Assembly: GCA_002633005.1 (NCBI GenBank)
Contig: NMRA01000840.1
Coordinates: 12,747 to 76,746, forward strand
Source: Phoronis australis
Lineage: Eukaryota; Animalia; Phoronida
Reading direction: 5' to 3'
Length of the DNA stretch: 64,000 nucleotides
The notes below the pieces were generated by a model. The model was not told the origin of the DNA. It searched no databases and worked only from the letters and a program-made list of their open reading frames with translations. The position numbers and the translations under genes are program-made. Of the stretch, positions 12,046-24,478 are shown in pieces (position 1 is the stretch's first letter; each line of letters opens with the position of its first letter).

Positions 12046-13856
12046 ATCAACATGTTTACTGCAGAGAAGAGCAGTACTGACATCACATTGATAGTCAGGC
12101 TGGATGGGCCATAGAAGTTACTCGACAGAAAACAAAGCAAGTTGACAGAAACATGTCTGAAATGTTTTGCTGTGCTAACATAACAGTAAATCCAAAGTGA
12201 AAAGTTATCCGATTAAGAGACAACTTAGTAAACTAACCCAATTTGAAAATCATTCCTGGCACCCAACACAGGGTCTGAGTGATTTTTTAGCGATGACAAG
12301 CAGACAAATAGACCAAAACAAAGCCAAACAAATGAACAATTATGAAAAAATTACAGTATTATGGTAATGCACAAGTTTGATGAAAATGCAGAAAAATCTG
12401 ACCTATATATGACTTTACGTCCGAATAATCGAGGAACTTATTTTGCGCTTGAATAATCTGAGTTGTTCACGTTTCATAGAGAGTGGAGTATTCTTTTTCT
12501 TCAACAACAATATATTTAACTGTCGCCTGTACATAATTAATTTTTTGTTCTCATTATTCATAAGATGATAAATTGTTACGCAGTTAGAATTTTGACCTTT
12601 CCTTTCTGTTTCAAGTCCATTCAGTGAATTTTACTAGTGGAACGAAAATTTTCCCGTAGCCAAATTGTTTTCATTTATAGAAAGCTCTTCAGAAACTTCG
12701 GAGTTCAGGTTTTTTCAGAGAAATGTAGCTTTTCAGATTTTAGGCGTGTTCCCTACATCGTACAACAGAATCTAAAAAAAAAGTGTAGGAAACAACCAGC
12801 TGACCACCTGGGACTGCCACTTTTAAGGCCAGGGGATACTTTGATTTGCTGTTATAAGAATCAAACAAAAGTGCGATTTTGTAGCTGATCAAGACTTAGT
12901 GAGAGAGGATATACTTCCGAAGTTTAGGAGTTTGCCACCATTTCTTGTCGGACCTCATTTTGCGTTACTTTTTTGCCATCATCTGATCCTCTTCTCTGTT
13001 AGTGAGTGTCTAGAAATCCGCGCGTGAACCTCTGAGTGGACACACTGATAGCTCGATCCGCGGGAATGATGAGGGCCGGGTCCGTCTGCCGTCTCATTCG
13101 CGTAAGGGGCCACGACTAAGCTGACTCCAGCGTATACCCGGCCATGTCACTTTTTGAGTTTGTAGTTGTTTTACGAGTTTGAAGAGCAAGCTAAATCTAA
13201 AATGCCTGGTGTAAACGACGATGAACTTGAGCTGCACCGAAACGAAGGACACGGAAAAAGCAACCTCATGACGAAGACAATAACAGAGATATAACAAGAA
13301 AGATTATTTTCACGGCGTGACAATTGTGGACTCTGCGCGTGCTTATTATTAAAATAGTTATGGGAAGTTACTGACAGCAACCCGTTTACCAATATGAAAA
13401 GGAGTCTGATTCTTTAAAATTGTAGCGGAAATTACATGTTAATATTTTGATGACCTTTCCACTATAATTGACCTCTTCCGGTGCATTATGAGCTACGATG
13501 AAGGAATAACTGTGAACTCGATTAAAAGTGTGGTTAAAGGCGAAGGCAACCTTTTTCGAGCAAAAATAAGGTTCGTTGATTATTCCAGGTACATGTTTCT
13601 ATAAATTATAGCTTTTCGTAATTTAATTAATTACTCGTCCTCTACTCCGGAAGTGACGTTTTGGGAGGCAAGAATTTCGCGCCAATTTGGTTCTGTGTGA
13701 GTTTACTGTGAGGATTTGTACTACTTTTGTTGTCGTGCTGTTTTTTATAAATTGTCGTCACCACTTCCCATCGAGGAGTATTTTACGACAAGCTAGGTTG
13801 TTAGAGAACTCAATTACGTTGGATTTAGGGGTTGTCTGGTTTGTGTTAATCTGAAA

Positions 13857-14036
13857 ATGGCTAGAGTCGGCGACCCATATCAGAGTGACAGTAGAGAAGT
13901 GATGCGTGTGAGTAACGGAGATATTGTTCATAGCAGTGGTGACGAGGAATTTTTTCACGAACAGTCAGTGGGTGGGTATATGTTTGAGCCCGAGTATAAT
14001 GATCAGACAGAGTACCCACAGGCACCTTCTAGATAG
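13857..14036 (+). pseudogene. Truncated transposon accessory-ORF stub (59 aa, contains GYMFEPEY)
   Basis: MARVGDPYQ...EEFFHEQSVGGYMFEPEYNDQ...SR*. From recall, the YMFEPE motif resembles the N-terminus of invertebrate P2X7-C-terminus-like/KolX proteins; not searched. Confidence 0.45.
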
Positions 14037-14355
14037 CTACAATGCTTCAGACAAGTCCGCAATAAACTTATCGAAGTTTGGTTCACCGATCTTTTCATTG
14101 GACGACGAATTGTCCTCTTCACTGGGTATCGAACTGGGCCTGTATACTCCCACTACTCAACATCGCTGCAGAGCTGCTTACAGGCTCTGGGCTAGAGACA
14201 ACAGCGCAGGGCGAATCACTGCTAGTTCCCGGAATTGTATGCTCTGGGGGCCAGTAGTAGGTTCGGAGGCAACGGTGACAGTAGTTGAAGTGCCCCCAGT
14301 CACTGTAGTGGCCATAGCTCGAGAGGCTTCTCGCTTCAAAAACGCACTTCTCGCT

Positions 14356-14687
14356 TCAAAAACGCACTTCCCGGGAGTGGCGACAGGCACTGCCAGGAAT
14401 CAACAGCGACGGTATGGCACACTTCTTCACGCGTTGTTTCACAGGGACCTTCGTCAATTTAGCGTACATATCTCTGTCGTAATCTGACGACAACAAATGC
14501 TTGCCACACACTCGGTAACCCTCTACTGCTTTAAACGCTGCGTTGACGGGTAACGGTGCGTTACCCGAACGAGCCACGTACTGACAGCGAAGTGTGTCAT
14601 CCTCCGGAAAACGATGGAAAGCCGAATTCCCAAAACGCGCTTGAGACGACAATGAGTACATCCCGGTACGCAGCAACAGTGGGGCAG
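14356..14687 (-). pseudogene. Frameshifted THAP zinc-finger domain (transposase N-terminus)
   Basis: PHCCCVPGC in one frame, then FHRFPEDDTLR...RVCGKHL...AIPSL in another, matching the C2CH THAP signature and AVPTIF box. A 20-bp duplication lies at ~14327-14367. Confidence 0.8.
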
Positions 14688-17600
14688 ATTGACTGACTCG
14701 CAAACAAAAACAAACAACGACCGAACACATCCGACAACTAAGGTACAACAATGACTGGCTCTACAGCTCTCACAGTCAGACCATATGAACAGAAATTGGT
14801 GCGAAATTCTTGCCTCCCAAAACGTCACTACCGTGGCAGAGGATGGGTAATTAATTAAATTACAAAAAGCTGTAATAAGTGAAAAAGATGTCTAGGATAA
14901 TCAAAGAACCTTATTTTTGCTGAAAATGACATGGAAAAAGGTTGCCTCGTTCACCTTTAATGCTAAGAATCACAGACGTTTTACTTTAAGCACTTCAGAA
15001 TACAAGATGAATGAATTGGTCAAACTTTCAGAAGAAAAATGCACCTAATGACCCCATGGGTGTACTAAATGACCTGAAACTTTGGATTTCGAATTGAATT
15101 ACCTGTACCAATCAGACTTGTGAAATTGAAGTGTCTAGCTCAAAATCCTGGTCTGCACCTAATGACCTTTGACCTGTTTGATGTGATTTGATGACTCCAT
15201 TACTTAGAAATGTAATTTTTAAATTGCCTTATTAACTTATACCTGTGCACCGAATTTGAAAAGAATAGCTTTAAAAATGAAGGAGTAGAATTTTGAAAAT
15301 TACGTGACCTCTCCTTCCGGTGCATTGTGGAATATGATTATATTATGAATCAAATTTCATGTACTGCCTAAAATCATATAATAAATGTGACGAACATTTG
15401 GTCGGAAGAAGAATAAGAAGAATAAGAATAAAAATTAGATCGCAATTGCGTAGGCGCACTTACATCTCTGCACGAAGTGTATGCATGTGCATATTGAAGT
15501 ATAGGGGTCTTACATTGCATAGAAGTTGCATCCTTTGTGTAAAAGAGAGAGATGTCCCTGACAACTATGTAAGACCAACAGCAAAGTGTAAGAAAATCAA
15601 CGGAAAACTGCACCTAATGACCCCAAAGTTTGTGACTGAATTTTATTTATGAATGAAAACTATATACGTGATTATGTAACATCTAGCTCCAAAATCACTT
15701 TTGCACTTAATGACATTTGACCCGGAAACTCGGTTTCCTTGATCCGATTTAAATTCCACGTAAATTTCGGATGCACTTCTCTAGTACCTGCTTGTTTTCA
15801 AAATCGAGAGAGTCTATCTAAAAAGATATTGAAGGAGAGGCAATTTGACAGAATGCACTCCTTGACCCGTTTCGGGTCAATCCGGTGCATTTTGAGTCAA
15901 ATCCATGTGATCAATAGAATTTGATCGGCAATTGGTTGAACCCCCATGAATTTGAACGCTCTCCCTAATGCATCATTCAGGTACATGTATAAGCTCAAAG
16001 TTCTTGAATTCAACAGGAAACTGCACCTAATGACCCCAAAGCTGCACCTAGTGACCCCAAAGTTTGTAACTTAACTTCGTTTATGAATGGTAATGATATG
16101 CATGATTATGAAAGGTCTAGCTCAAAAACCAAATTTGCAATTATTGACCTTTGATCCGGAAACTCATTTCTCTTCATCTGATTAAAATTCCAAGTAAATT
16201 TCGGATGCAGATCTCCAGTGTCTACTTGTTAAAAAATTCGAAGACTCTATCTAAAAACCTGTAGAAGAAGCATTTTTGTACAAATGCACTCCTTGACCTG
16301 CTTCGGGTCATTCCGGGGCATTTTGGGTGAAAATATTATAATCAATAAAAATAATTTCATTATCGTATCAACCACAATGAATATGATGGTTCTAAACGAA
16401 TCGATGGAAGAGTAATAACAATCTGAAAACGAAGGAAAATAGGAATAAGAACTAGAACTCAATTGCGTATGCGCACTTACAACTCTGCGCGTGGTGTACG
16501 TATGTGCATAGTGAAGTATAGGGGCATTACATTGCATAGAAGTTGCATCCTTTGTGTGAAAGAGAGAGATGTCACTGGTAACTATGAAAAGCAAGGAAGA
16601 AGAGTAAGAATATCAACGGAAAACTGCACCTAATGACCACACATTTGCACCTAATGACTCCAAAGTTCTTGACTGAATTTTCTTTACGAATGAAAACTAT
16701 ATGCGTGATTATGCAAGGTATAGCTCGAAAATCACTTTTGCACTTCATGACCTTTCACCCGGAAACTCGGTTCCCTTGATCTGATTTAAATACCACGTAA
16801 ATTTCGGATGCAGATCTATAGTGCCTGCTTGTTATCAAAATTCGGAGAGTCTATCTAAAAACCCGCAGGAGGAGAAGAATTGATGGAATGTACCCCTTCA
16901 CCCATTCCGAGTCAATCCGGTGGTTTTGAGTCAAATCCATTTGATCAATAAATTTTGATCGGCAATTGGTTAAACCATCTTGAATATAAATGCTCTCCCT
17001 AATGCATCATTTAAGTACAAGCTGATTGAAAATGTCTTAAATTTAACAGAAAAGTGCACCTAATGACCCCAAATTTGCACCTAGTGAATAAAAAGTTTGT
17101 AACTGAACGTCCTTTTTGAATGGTAACCATATGCGTAATTATGAAAAGTGTATCTCAAAAATCACTTTTGCACTTAATAACCTTTGACCCGGAAACTGGG
17201 TTCCCTTGATCCTTTTGGATATCCAAGTAAATTTCTGAAGCACTTATTTGGTACCTACTTGTTTACAAAATTGGAAGAGTCTTTCTAAGAACCCGTAGAA
17301 AAAGAAGAAGCAATTTGAAGGAATGCACTCCTATACCCGTTTCGGGTCATTCCGGTGCATTTTGAGTCAAATCCATGTGGTCAATAGAAATTGGTCGGCA
17401 TTTGGTTTAATGACCATGAATATGAACGCTCTCCCTACTGCATCATTTACACTGTAAGTTCAAGCTGATTGAAGAAGTCTTAAATTTAACAGAAAAACGC
17501 ACTTAATGAGCCCAAAGTTGCACTTAGTGACCCCAACGTTTGTGAATTAACTTCCGCTATGAATGTTGATCATATGCGTGATTATTGAAAGGTCAATCTC

Positions 17601-17950
17601 AAAAATCACTTTTGCATTTAATGACCTTTGACCCGGAAACTCGGTTTTTATCATCCGGTTGGAATTCCAAATCAAAATTTTCGGAAGCAGGTCTCTAGTG
17701 CCTACATGTACTTGTTAACAAGATTCGAAGAGTCTATCTAAAAACCTGTAGAAGAAGAAGCATTTTAACGGAATGTACTCCTTGGCACGGTTGTGGTCAT
17801 TCCGGTGCATTTTGGGTCAAAACTATATCATCAATAGAAATCCCTTGATTATCGTATCAAACACCGTGAATATGATTGTTGTAAGTGAAATGATGTAAGA
17901 GTAATAACAATCTGAAAAGGAAGGAAGAATAAGAAGAATAACAAGAATAA

Positions 17951-18115
17951 TAAGAAGGTAAAATACGTAGAACTGTAAAACTCTGCGCTTGCACGCGCAG
18001 AGTAATAAGAAGATAAAATACGTAGAACTGTAAAACTCTGCGCTTGCACGCGCAGAGTAATAAGAAGATAAAATACGTAGAACAGTAAAACTCTGCGCTT
18101 GGACGCGCAGAGTAA
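17951..18115 (+). repeat. Three tandem 55-bp copies of the element's terminal hairpin unit
   Basis: TAAGAAGATAAAATACGTAGAACTGTAAAACTCTGCGCTTGCACGCGCAGAGTAA; hairpins start at 17980, 18035 and 18090. Confidence 0.92.
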
Positions 18116-19053
18116 TCAGATAATTTTCCGCCAGAAAACCAGGAAAACTAGATCTTCGCAAAATCTTGAAAGCAATAGACTGCTACATCATCTTTAACTT
18201 ACATACAGTACATGTAAGCCAATTGCGTGCACCTGGATGAATGTTAACCAGATTAAGGCGAGATCTTTTCTGGTTACGCTAACTTTCAAATTGCTTACCA
18301 CAGTTTACTCAATTTGGTGTTTCTGCTGCAAGAACTGAACTATCATAGTGTACAGGGTCTACATAATTTACCCCAGATTAGTCGGTGGGGTCCCAAGACT
18401 TCTGATAGCTTAGGGTTCCACAAGCACTTAATCCAGCACTGACATAGCCGTGCCTCTCTATTCAATTCCACCTGGTGATTGAAACACGCTCCCACCCCAG
18501 GCTGCCGCAAGCAAAATAAAACAGCAATAAACAGGAAGTGATGATATACTTAGTTGAGTAACTAGGACCGATAGCGGATGAGGGGGGCTTAGAACCCAGA
18601 TCGTGGCGGAATCGTGTCCCCGTTTTTTATTTTTTAGTCCATCGATACAAGAAGGTCCTCATCCACGGCCCCCGCAACTTTAGGGCCGCCTGTCCAAATA
18701 CACGCGCTTTTCCCAATTCCCCGAGGCAACATGTNCCCCCCTTATGGTATCCCAGAACCGTCACTGTGTGGAGAGTGTGTTCAGAGTAGCGTACGTTAAT
18801 TGGTAGCCTATCTGTGTCGAATTTTACGCGGCATGTTGGGAGTGTATGTAATTCGTACATGTTTGTTGTGCTTGGTTTTACTTTTTTGATTATAATAGTT
18901 TAGGTTCCTGTAGTGAAGAATTTCTTGAAATCTTGGTCAAATCCATGGACCGAAAAGTCAGAAATACCCGCAAATGCACGTTCAAATGCAAAAACCAGTA
19001 AGATACATGTACATACACCAACTAGCTTAGCAAGCTTAAGACTCTGGGAGGAG

Positions 19054-20144
19054 GTAGTAGTAGTAGTAATACACTTTATTCACATTTAAGTCAAACACCA
19101 AAAAATACAGTTGATACAGATTTACGCTTATGGAGACTCCGTGAAGGACCCGAGAGGTCCGCTGACCACGGAGCCACCAGAGAATAAGACAGAAAAAATA
19201 CAGCGTCAGATAAGCAGAACTATAAAAATTAGGTGATGATGTACTTTAAAACTACTTGTGTAAAGACTGGGAGAGATTATCGAAAATAGTTACATACAAA
19301 GCAGTTGGGAATAGTGCACTCAAGTTCATAATTTTCAAAACAAACATTCTTAAAATAATTTATAACAGAGGATAACGAATGGGTAAAAAGTTTTTGGTAG
19401 ACACTTTCAGGAAGGTTATTAATGATATGAGGTAGGGCATTTCGAACTGAATCTTCAACAAATGATTTAGTACAACGGGGAGTATGTAAAAGATGTCGTT
19501 GCCTAGTGTAATGTTCATGAACAGACCCACGAGTAATTAAATTGAACGTGTTAAAAAATAAAGGTAAGTAATTATGAACATATTTGTAGAAAAATTTAAT
19601 AATAGCAACAACATACAAGTCCTTTATTTTGAGTAACTGTGTAGTCTTAAATAAAGGATCTGTATGGGCATTAAAATGACTAGAGGTAATATTGCGAATA
19701 ACCTTTTTCTGTAATTTAAATATTCTGTGATGTTCACACCCCCATAGCAGAATGCCATAATTAAAATGAGGAAGGACAAGGCCATTATATATAGTTTTCA
19801 AAGTTTCAAAGGGCAAGAAATGTTTTATGTTATTAAGAACACCACAGAATCTGCTTATCTTTCTCAACAAATTGTTTATGTGTGGACTCCATAACAAGTT
19901 TTCGTTGATGGTAACACCAAGTAAATTGAAAGAACGAACTCTTTCAATTTCCAAATTATTAAACTTTAAATAAAAATCATCAATACGTTTTGGGGATTTA
20001 TGAAAAACCATGAATTTTGTTTTAGTTGCATTTAAAACCAGTCCATTTACGTTTAACCAAGACTGAATTTTCTCCAGCTCCGCACAAAACATGCGTGACT
20101 CATTAACAGACAACGTGCTATGAATACTATTAATAATAGTAGTA
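19054..20144 (-). mobile_element. 5'-truncated non-LTR retrotransposon (CR1/L2-group LINE): RT C-terminal part, 3' UTR and tail
   Basis: The ORF ending at 19277 has LNATKTKFMVF, LLGVTINENLLWSPHI, YNGLVLPHFNYGILLWG, AHTDPLFK and a terminal CxxxxCxxC. 3' UTR stem-loop at 19136-19172, then AATAAA and a (TAC)n tail at ~19054-19080. The YADD motif is absent because of truncation near 20144. Confidence 0.9.
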
Positions 20145-20152
20145 GGATGAAG

Positions 20153-21176
20153 ACACACACCACTGGTCGGATTTTCCCGGAATGGTCGGAACAGGATGAA
20201 ACTGGTCGATGGTATTGTTATAACGTATTTTGTATCGTGTATCAAATGTAGAAGCGCAAACTTGATATACATGTACATGTAGGTACTATGCGTTGGGATT
20301 TGAAACTCAAAAACGTAGCTAAGGTTCGTTTCTAAAGGGTACTGAGATCTTTTTATTTGACATTCTTAATATTTGCTTCAATAATCCACTAAATACACGA
20401 AAACTATCCTAACGACTAAAACAGCTAAGACAGAACCTATTGAGAAACATAAAGTAAAATAAACACATAATTCCATGCATATTATTCAAGGAAGAAGGTG
20501 GTTTGAAGAAGACATTAAGGAACGGGTCGAAGCAAATGACCGGATCTGACAGGTTCCATGCCGTTCAGATTTCCAGACATTCCGAGCTGATCCCACTAGT
20601 TCGAAGTTGTTCCAGCCGGCTCTGTCAGCTTCCGATCGCAAGGAATTTCGACCTCACTTCAAACACGACTGGTCCCATCCAACTCCACCCCTACCTGTTG
20701 CAAGACATTTTGACTACACCATCAAATACGCCCACTTCATTTCCACTGGTTCTGGCCAGCTACACCCGGTTCCATCTGGTTCTGATCCGTTCCAACTAGT
20801 TCCCATACATTTTCAATTACACGTCAAACATGAGCAAGGTAGGCTACAACTGGTTCCGAGCAGTCGTGAATAGCCCCCCCCCTTCCCCCTAGGTTCCGGT
20901 CCCGACCAGGTCCATCCGGTTCTTACAGGATTGTACAAGTTCTCACTATTTTCAGTTGATTCCGACTGCAAGTCATTTCCGATACAAATACATGCCAAAG
21001 ATGCCCACTACATTCCGACAGGTTCCGACCACCTCCATGCCGTTTCATTCGTGTCTGACGGGCCAGTTCATCTCATTAGACACTTTTGACTGCACAAGAG
21101 TCAAGAACGCTCACCTCCCATTCGTTTCCGACCATTCCCAACCGCTTCCGAATGCATCCGACCGTTGTTAGTGTAT
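20153..21176. mobile_element. Non-autonomous TIR element with short internal subrepeats
   Basis: Left ACAC..GGTCGGAT..GGAATGGTCGGAA is inverted to right TTCCGACCATTCC..ATCCGACC..GTGT. Many TTCCGA/GTTCCA words inside. Confidence 0.55.
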
Positions 21177-21434
21177 ACACGTTGTACCTGGTGTTGTGTT
21201 CCTCAAAATTGAAAGCCCAGGTTCGTGTTTGACGTTTAGTCAAAAATGTCCTGCGGGACACTCCCTATATAGTTTTGGACAAATGTTTGCATCAAATACA
21301 CATGAATAAAAGTCGTTAATTTGCAAAATCTAATAAGACGCCCATTTTGAGAGGGGCAGGTGGAATCACTAATACCATCACGAGACTAAAGAAGGTGGAT
21401 TGGAGACGCGCGCGCAACCAGTCCAAATGGGAAC

Positions 21435-22690
21435 ATGCCGGCCCGGTACCAGAAGCGCCATGAAACAACTGCGTCGAGTATAAGACGCGGCAGAAGTTTC
21501 GTCTGGTGTTAATCAGTCACCCTTTTGTACGCGCGTTTTTGGTCAATGCAACTATAGCAGCAGGCGGTAGCCTTTTGACAAGAACGCATTCAAAGCTGTC
21601 CCTTGTGAGCAATAATAAGTCACAGGCTAGTTGGTACAATTTCATGACAGTTACGATGCCCAAACCTCGAATGCAAGTACATTCACCAGCAGATCCGCAC
21701 GCTGCTAATGGCCCTGGTGAGGACAATGCAGACCCCGTGAGACTGTTAACCAAATTCGAGCACTACAATGTCGGCAACGTGAACATAACATACCAACGTT
21801 ATCTGTTCAATTCCCGAACACTGCATGTCTGAAGAGGAATCCTTTGATGTGTTTTTAACTGAGTCACTTAATAACCGTTTCAAAACCGGTCACTTCTGTG
21901 ACTGTCTGCGTGAGGATTTGCTACGTGACCGCATTATGATTGGTATTAGTGATGTTCATGTCCGCAAGCAGTTACTGCAGCTCCGTGATCCCACATTAAA
22001 CAAAGCCGTGGATCTGTGACGATACTGCGCTCCAGTTACGCAACATTGGCCGCGGTGAAGATTCGAACACAGTGAACAAGTGACTTTGATTCCCAGAACA
22101 CGCCCGGAGCGCATATTCCACTGTTTGTTTTGTGATGGTAACCACATACGTAAGAAAGATGTCTGTCCATCCTGAGGCAAGAGTAGTCTGTCGTGCCATA
22201 TGCCTTACCAGTTTGCAGTTTGTTGCAAGAACTCTTCCCGAAAGCCTGTTCATGTGGTCACTGAGCACCCTGATGACTAGTTTGTTTTGCTTGTTTAGGC
22301 TTTGGTGCAGTCCGTCCATGAATCTCGTGTTGTCGCTTCCATGAATGACGGCCCTCACAAAGACTTAACTTATGCAAGCGTGCTACTTAGTGGGAGCCCC
22401 ATAACACTTCAAGTTGATCCTGGTGCGACTGTCAATAGTATACCGCGTAGGAATGTCTAGAGACTGATCCTGCATCCCTCGACAACTAAACTCCAAATCT
22501 GTAACAACGAGCTACACCTGTGGAAGGAGCTCTGTGTCTCGCCATCAACAATCACAAGACAATGGATGAGTATGATCTCTGTTTTATGTCGTGAGTGTCG
22601 ACTTTACCCCATTACTCAGCCGGTCCTCTGCGGAATAAACGAGAATAGCGACTGTGAACTATCAGCACATTGAACCTACCAGCACAATAA
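21435..22690 (+). pseudogene. Decayed Ty3/Gypsy gag-protease remnant
   Basis: Frameshifted NITYQRYLFNSR, EESFDVFLTE, LLRDRIMIGISD..VRKQLLQ..TLNKAVDL; a decayed zinc knuckle (CLFCDGNH..CP); protease-like LQVDPGATVN. Confidence 0.8.
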
Positions 22691-22696
22691 ATTCTT

Positions 22697-23033
22697 NNNN
22701 NNNNNNNNNNNNNNNNNNNNNNNNNNNNNNNNNNNNNNNNNNNNNNNNNNNNNNNNNNNNNNNNNNNNNNNNNNNNNNNNNNNNNNNNNNNNNNNNNNNN
22801 NNNNNNNNNNNNNNNNNNNNNNNNNNNNNNNNNNNNNNNNNNNNNNNNNNNNNNNNNNNNNNNNNNNNNNNNNNNNNNNNNNNNNNNNNNNNNNNNNNNN
22901 NNNNNNNNNNNNNNNNNNNNNNNNNNNNNNNNNNNNNNNNNNNNNNNNNNNNNNNNNNNNNNNNNNNNNNNNNNNNNNNNNNNNNNNNNNNNNNNNNNNN
23001 NNNNNNNNNNNNNNNNNNNNNNNNNNNNNNNNN
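22697..23033. other. Assembly gap (N run); a second gap lies at 43971-44097
   Basis: Runs of N in the sequence. Confidence 0.99.
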
Positions 23034-23101
23034 GCACTGAAATCAAGTAAGATATAATAATAAAATTTATTTTGAGGTACTAGAGTCATGTTGTGTACAC
23101 T

Positions 23102-23633
23102 TTAAACAAAGCCGTGGATCTGTGACGATACTGCGCTCCAGTTACGCCACAATGGCCGCGGTGAGGATTCGGACACAGTGAACAATGACTTTGATTCCCA
23201 GAACACGCCCTGAGCGCACGATCCACTGTTTGTTTCGTGATGGTAACCACATACGTAAGAAAGATGTCTGTCCATCCTGAGGCAAGACTTGTCTGTCGTG
23301 CCATAAGCCTAACCAGTTTGCAAGAACTCTTCCCGAAAGCCTGTTCATGTGGTCACTGAGCACCCTGATGACGAGTTTGTTTTGCTTGTTCAGACTTTAG
23401 TGCAGTCCAACCATGAATCTCGTGTTGTCGACGGCCCATACAAAGACTTAACTTATGCAAGCGTGCTACTTAGTGGGAGCCCCATAACACTTCAAGTTGA
23501 TCCTGGTGCGACTGTCAATTGTATACTGCGTAGGAATGTCTAGAGACTCATCCTGCATCCCTCGACAACTAAACTCCAAATGTGTAACAACAAGCTACAC
23601 CAGTGGAAGGAGCTGTGTGTCTCGCCATCAACA
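23102..23633 (+). pseudogene. Second copy of the Gypsy knuckle-protease segment (matches 21996-22551)
   Basis: Colinear, slightly diverged copy on the other side of the N gap. Confidence 0.8.
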
Positions 23634-24478
23634 AGACCCAGTGCATCTCACTACTGATCGGACTGTTAAAACCAGTAAAATGTGTGTGATTTGTGGGAAA
23701 GCAACTTGGTGACAGAGGCTAAGAAGTGCAAACCCCTGCAGACGCAAAAGAGTGCATCTTCGCAAGTCCTATATGAACCTCCATCCACTGTATAGTGGGG
23801 GGGGGGTGCCCTCTCTGCTGCTAAAACCCGCGTTGCTGTAACGTCTAGTGACTATAACAGATGTTTCGACGGACCACTTCGTGTTCGAGAAACTCCACCC
23901 TACTTAAAGGAGTATGTCGTGGGTTCTTGTACTTAATCTGTGGACTATTATTTCTTGGCTATAGTCTTTTGGTACGTGTGTCTATCTAGTTTCAATTCTG
24001 CTTTTCTTTTGTTTTTTTATTTATTTTTAATTTTTGGGAGGTTGTTTCAAAAATGTTTAGTTTTATCGCCAGTCAACAGACGACTTTGCTAGTAACGAGT
24101 TAGCCACGTCGTCCTTCCGAAATAAAAGTGTCATGTCGGCAAGTAGTTTAACGTTTTATTCGCACTAATACTAGTCAGTCTTGAAACAACTTATGCCCAA
24201 GATATTAACGCTCAAGCATGAACGAAATCAGGTGCAAAGCATCAACAATGGGAAACGCACGTGCTGTATGGGACTTCAACGTGGTGAAAGTGACGTGCTT
24301 AGTATAATTTGGAACACCTCGGATATTTTCGCAGCCTCAAATCTGGCCCTTCTGAGTTGAACGACATCTGAGCATGTCCGTACTTAAATCATTGGCACAT
24401 GACATGCCCGGAGAACTTTGACCTCCGAACTGAGGTAACGGAAATACCCGAGGTGTCCCGTACAGCTTAGTACATCTA

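Larger units (their letters stand above)
13538..14956. mobile_element. Internally deleted Kolobok-like DNA transposon (TTAA target duplication, ~160-bp imperfect TIRs)
   Basis: TTAA at 13534-13537 and 14957-14960, with AGG...CCT termini. Inverted arms include GACGTTTTGGGAGGCAAGAATTTCGC / GCGAAATTCTTGCCTCCCAAAACGTC. Two convergent ORF stubs lie inside. Confidence 0.8.
13330..18115 (+). mobile_element. Helentron/HINE-like satellite-bearing element (~435-bp units, ~1-kb higher-order unit), interrupted by the Kolobok-like insertion; 5' boundary approximate
   Basis: Recurrent GCACCTAATGACCCC, GACCTTTGACCCGGAAACTC and TCCGGTGCATTTTG blocks (13469, and 15040-17820). AAG/AAT microsatellite, then hairpin ACTCTGCGC-ttgcac-GCGCAGAGT at the 3' end. 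ACTCTGCGC also occurs at 13330. Confidence 0.6.

Noticed and set aside
13010-13160. GC-rich patch as an ncRNA or first exon of the ZF gene (similar patch at 10280-10340)
   Set aside because: No recognisable RNA-family motif or supportable splice structure. It may be promoter or UTR, but this cannot be shown from sequence alone.
13924-14487. 187-aa + strand ORF
   Set aside because: It is antisense to the transposase remnant and has no recognisable domain.
20145-20278. N-terminal part of the 333-aa LINE ORF
   Set aside because: It reads through the adjacent TIR element and is not LINE-derived.
22612-23089. ORFs containing long X runs (also 43703-44149)
   Set aside because: Artefacts of N gaps.
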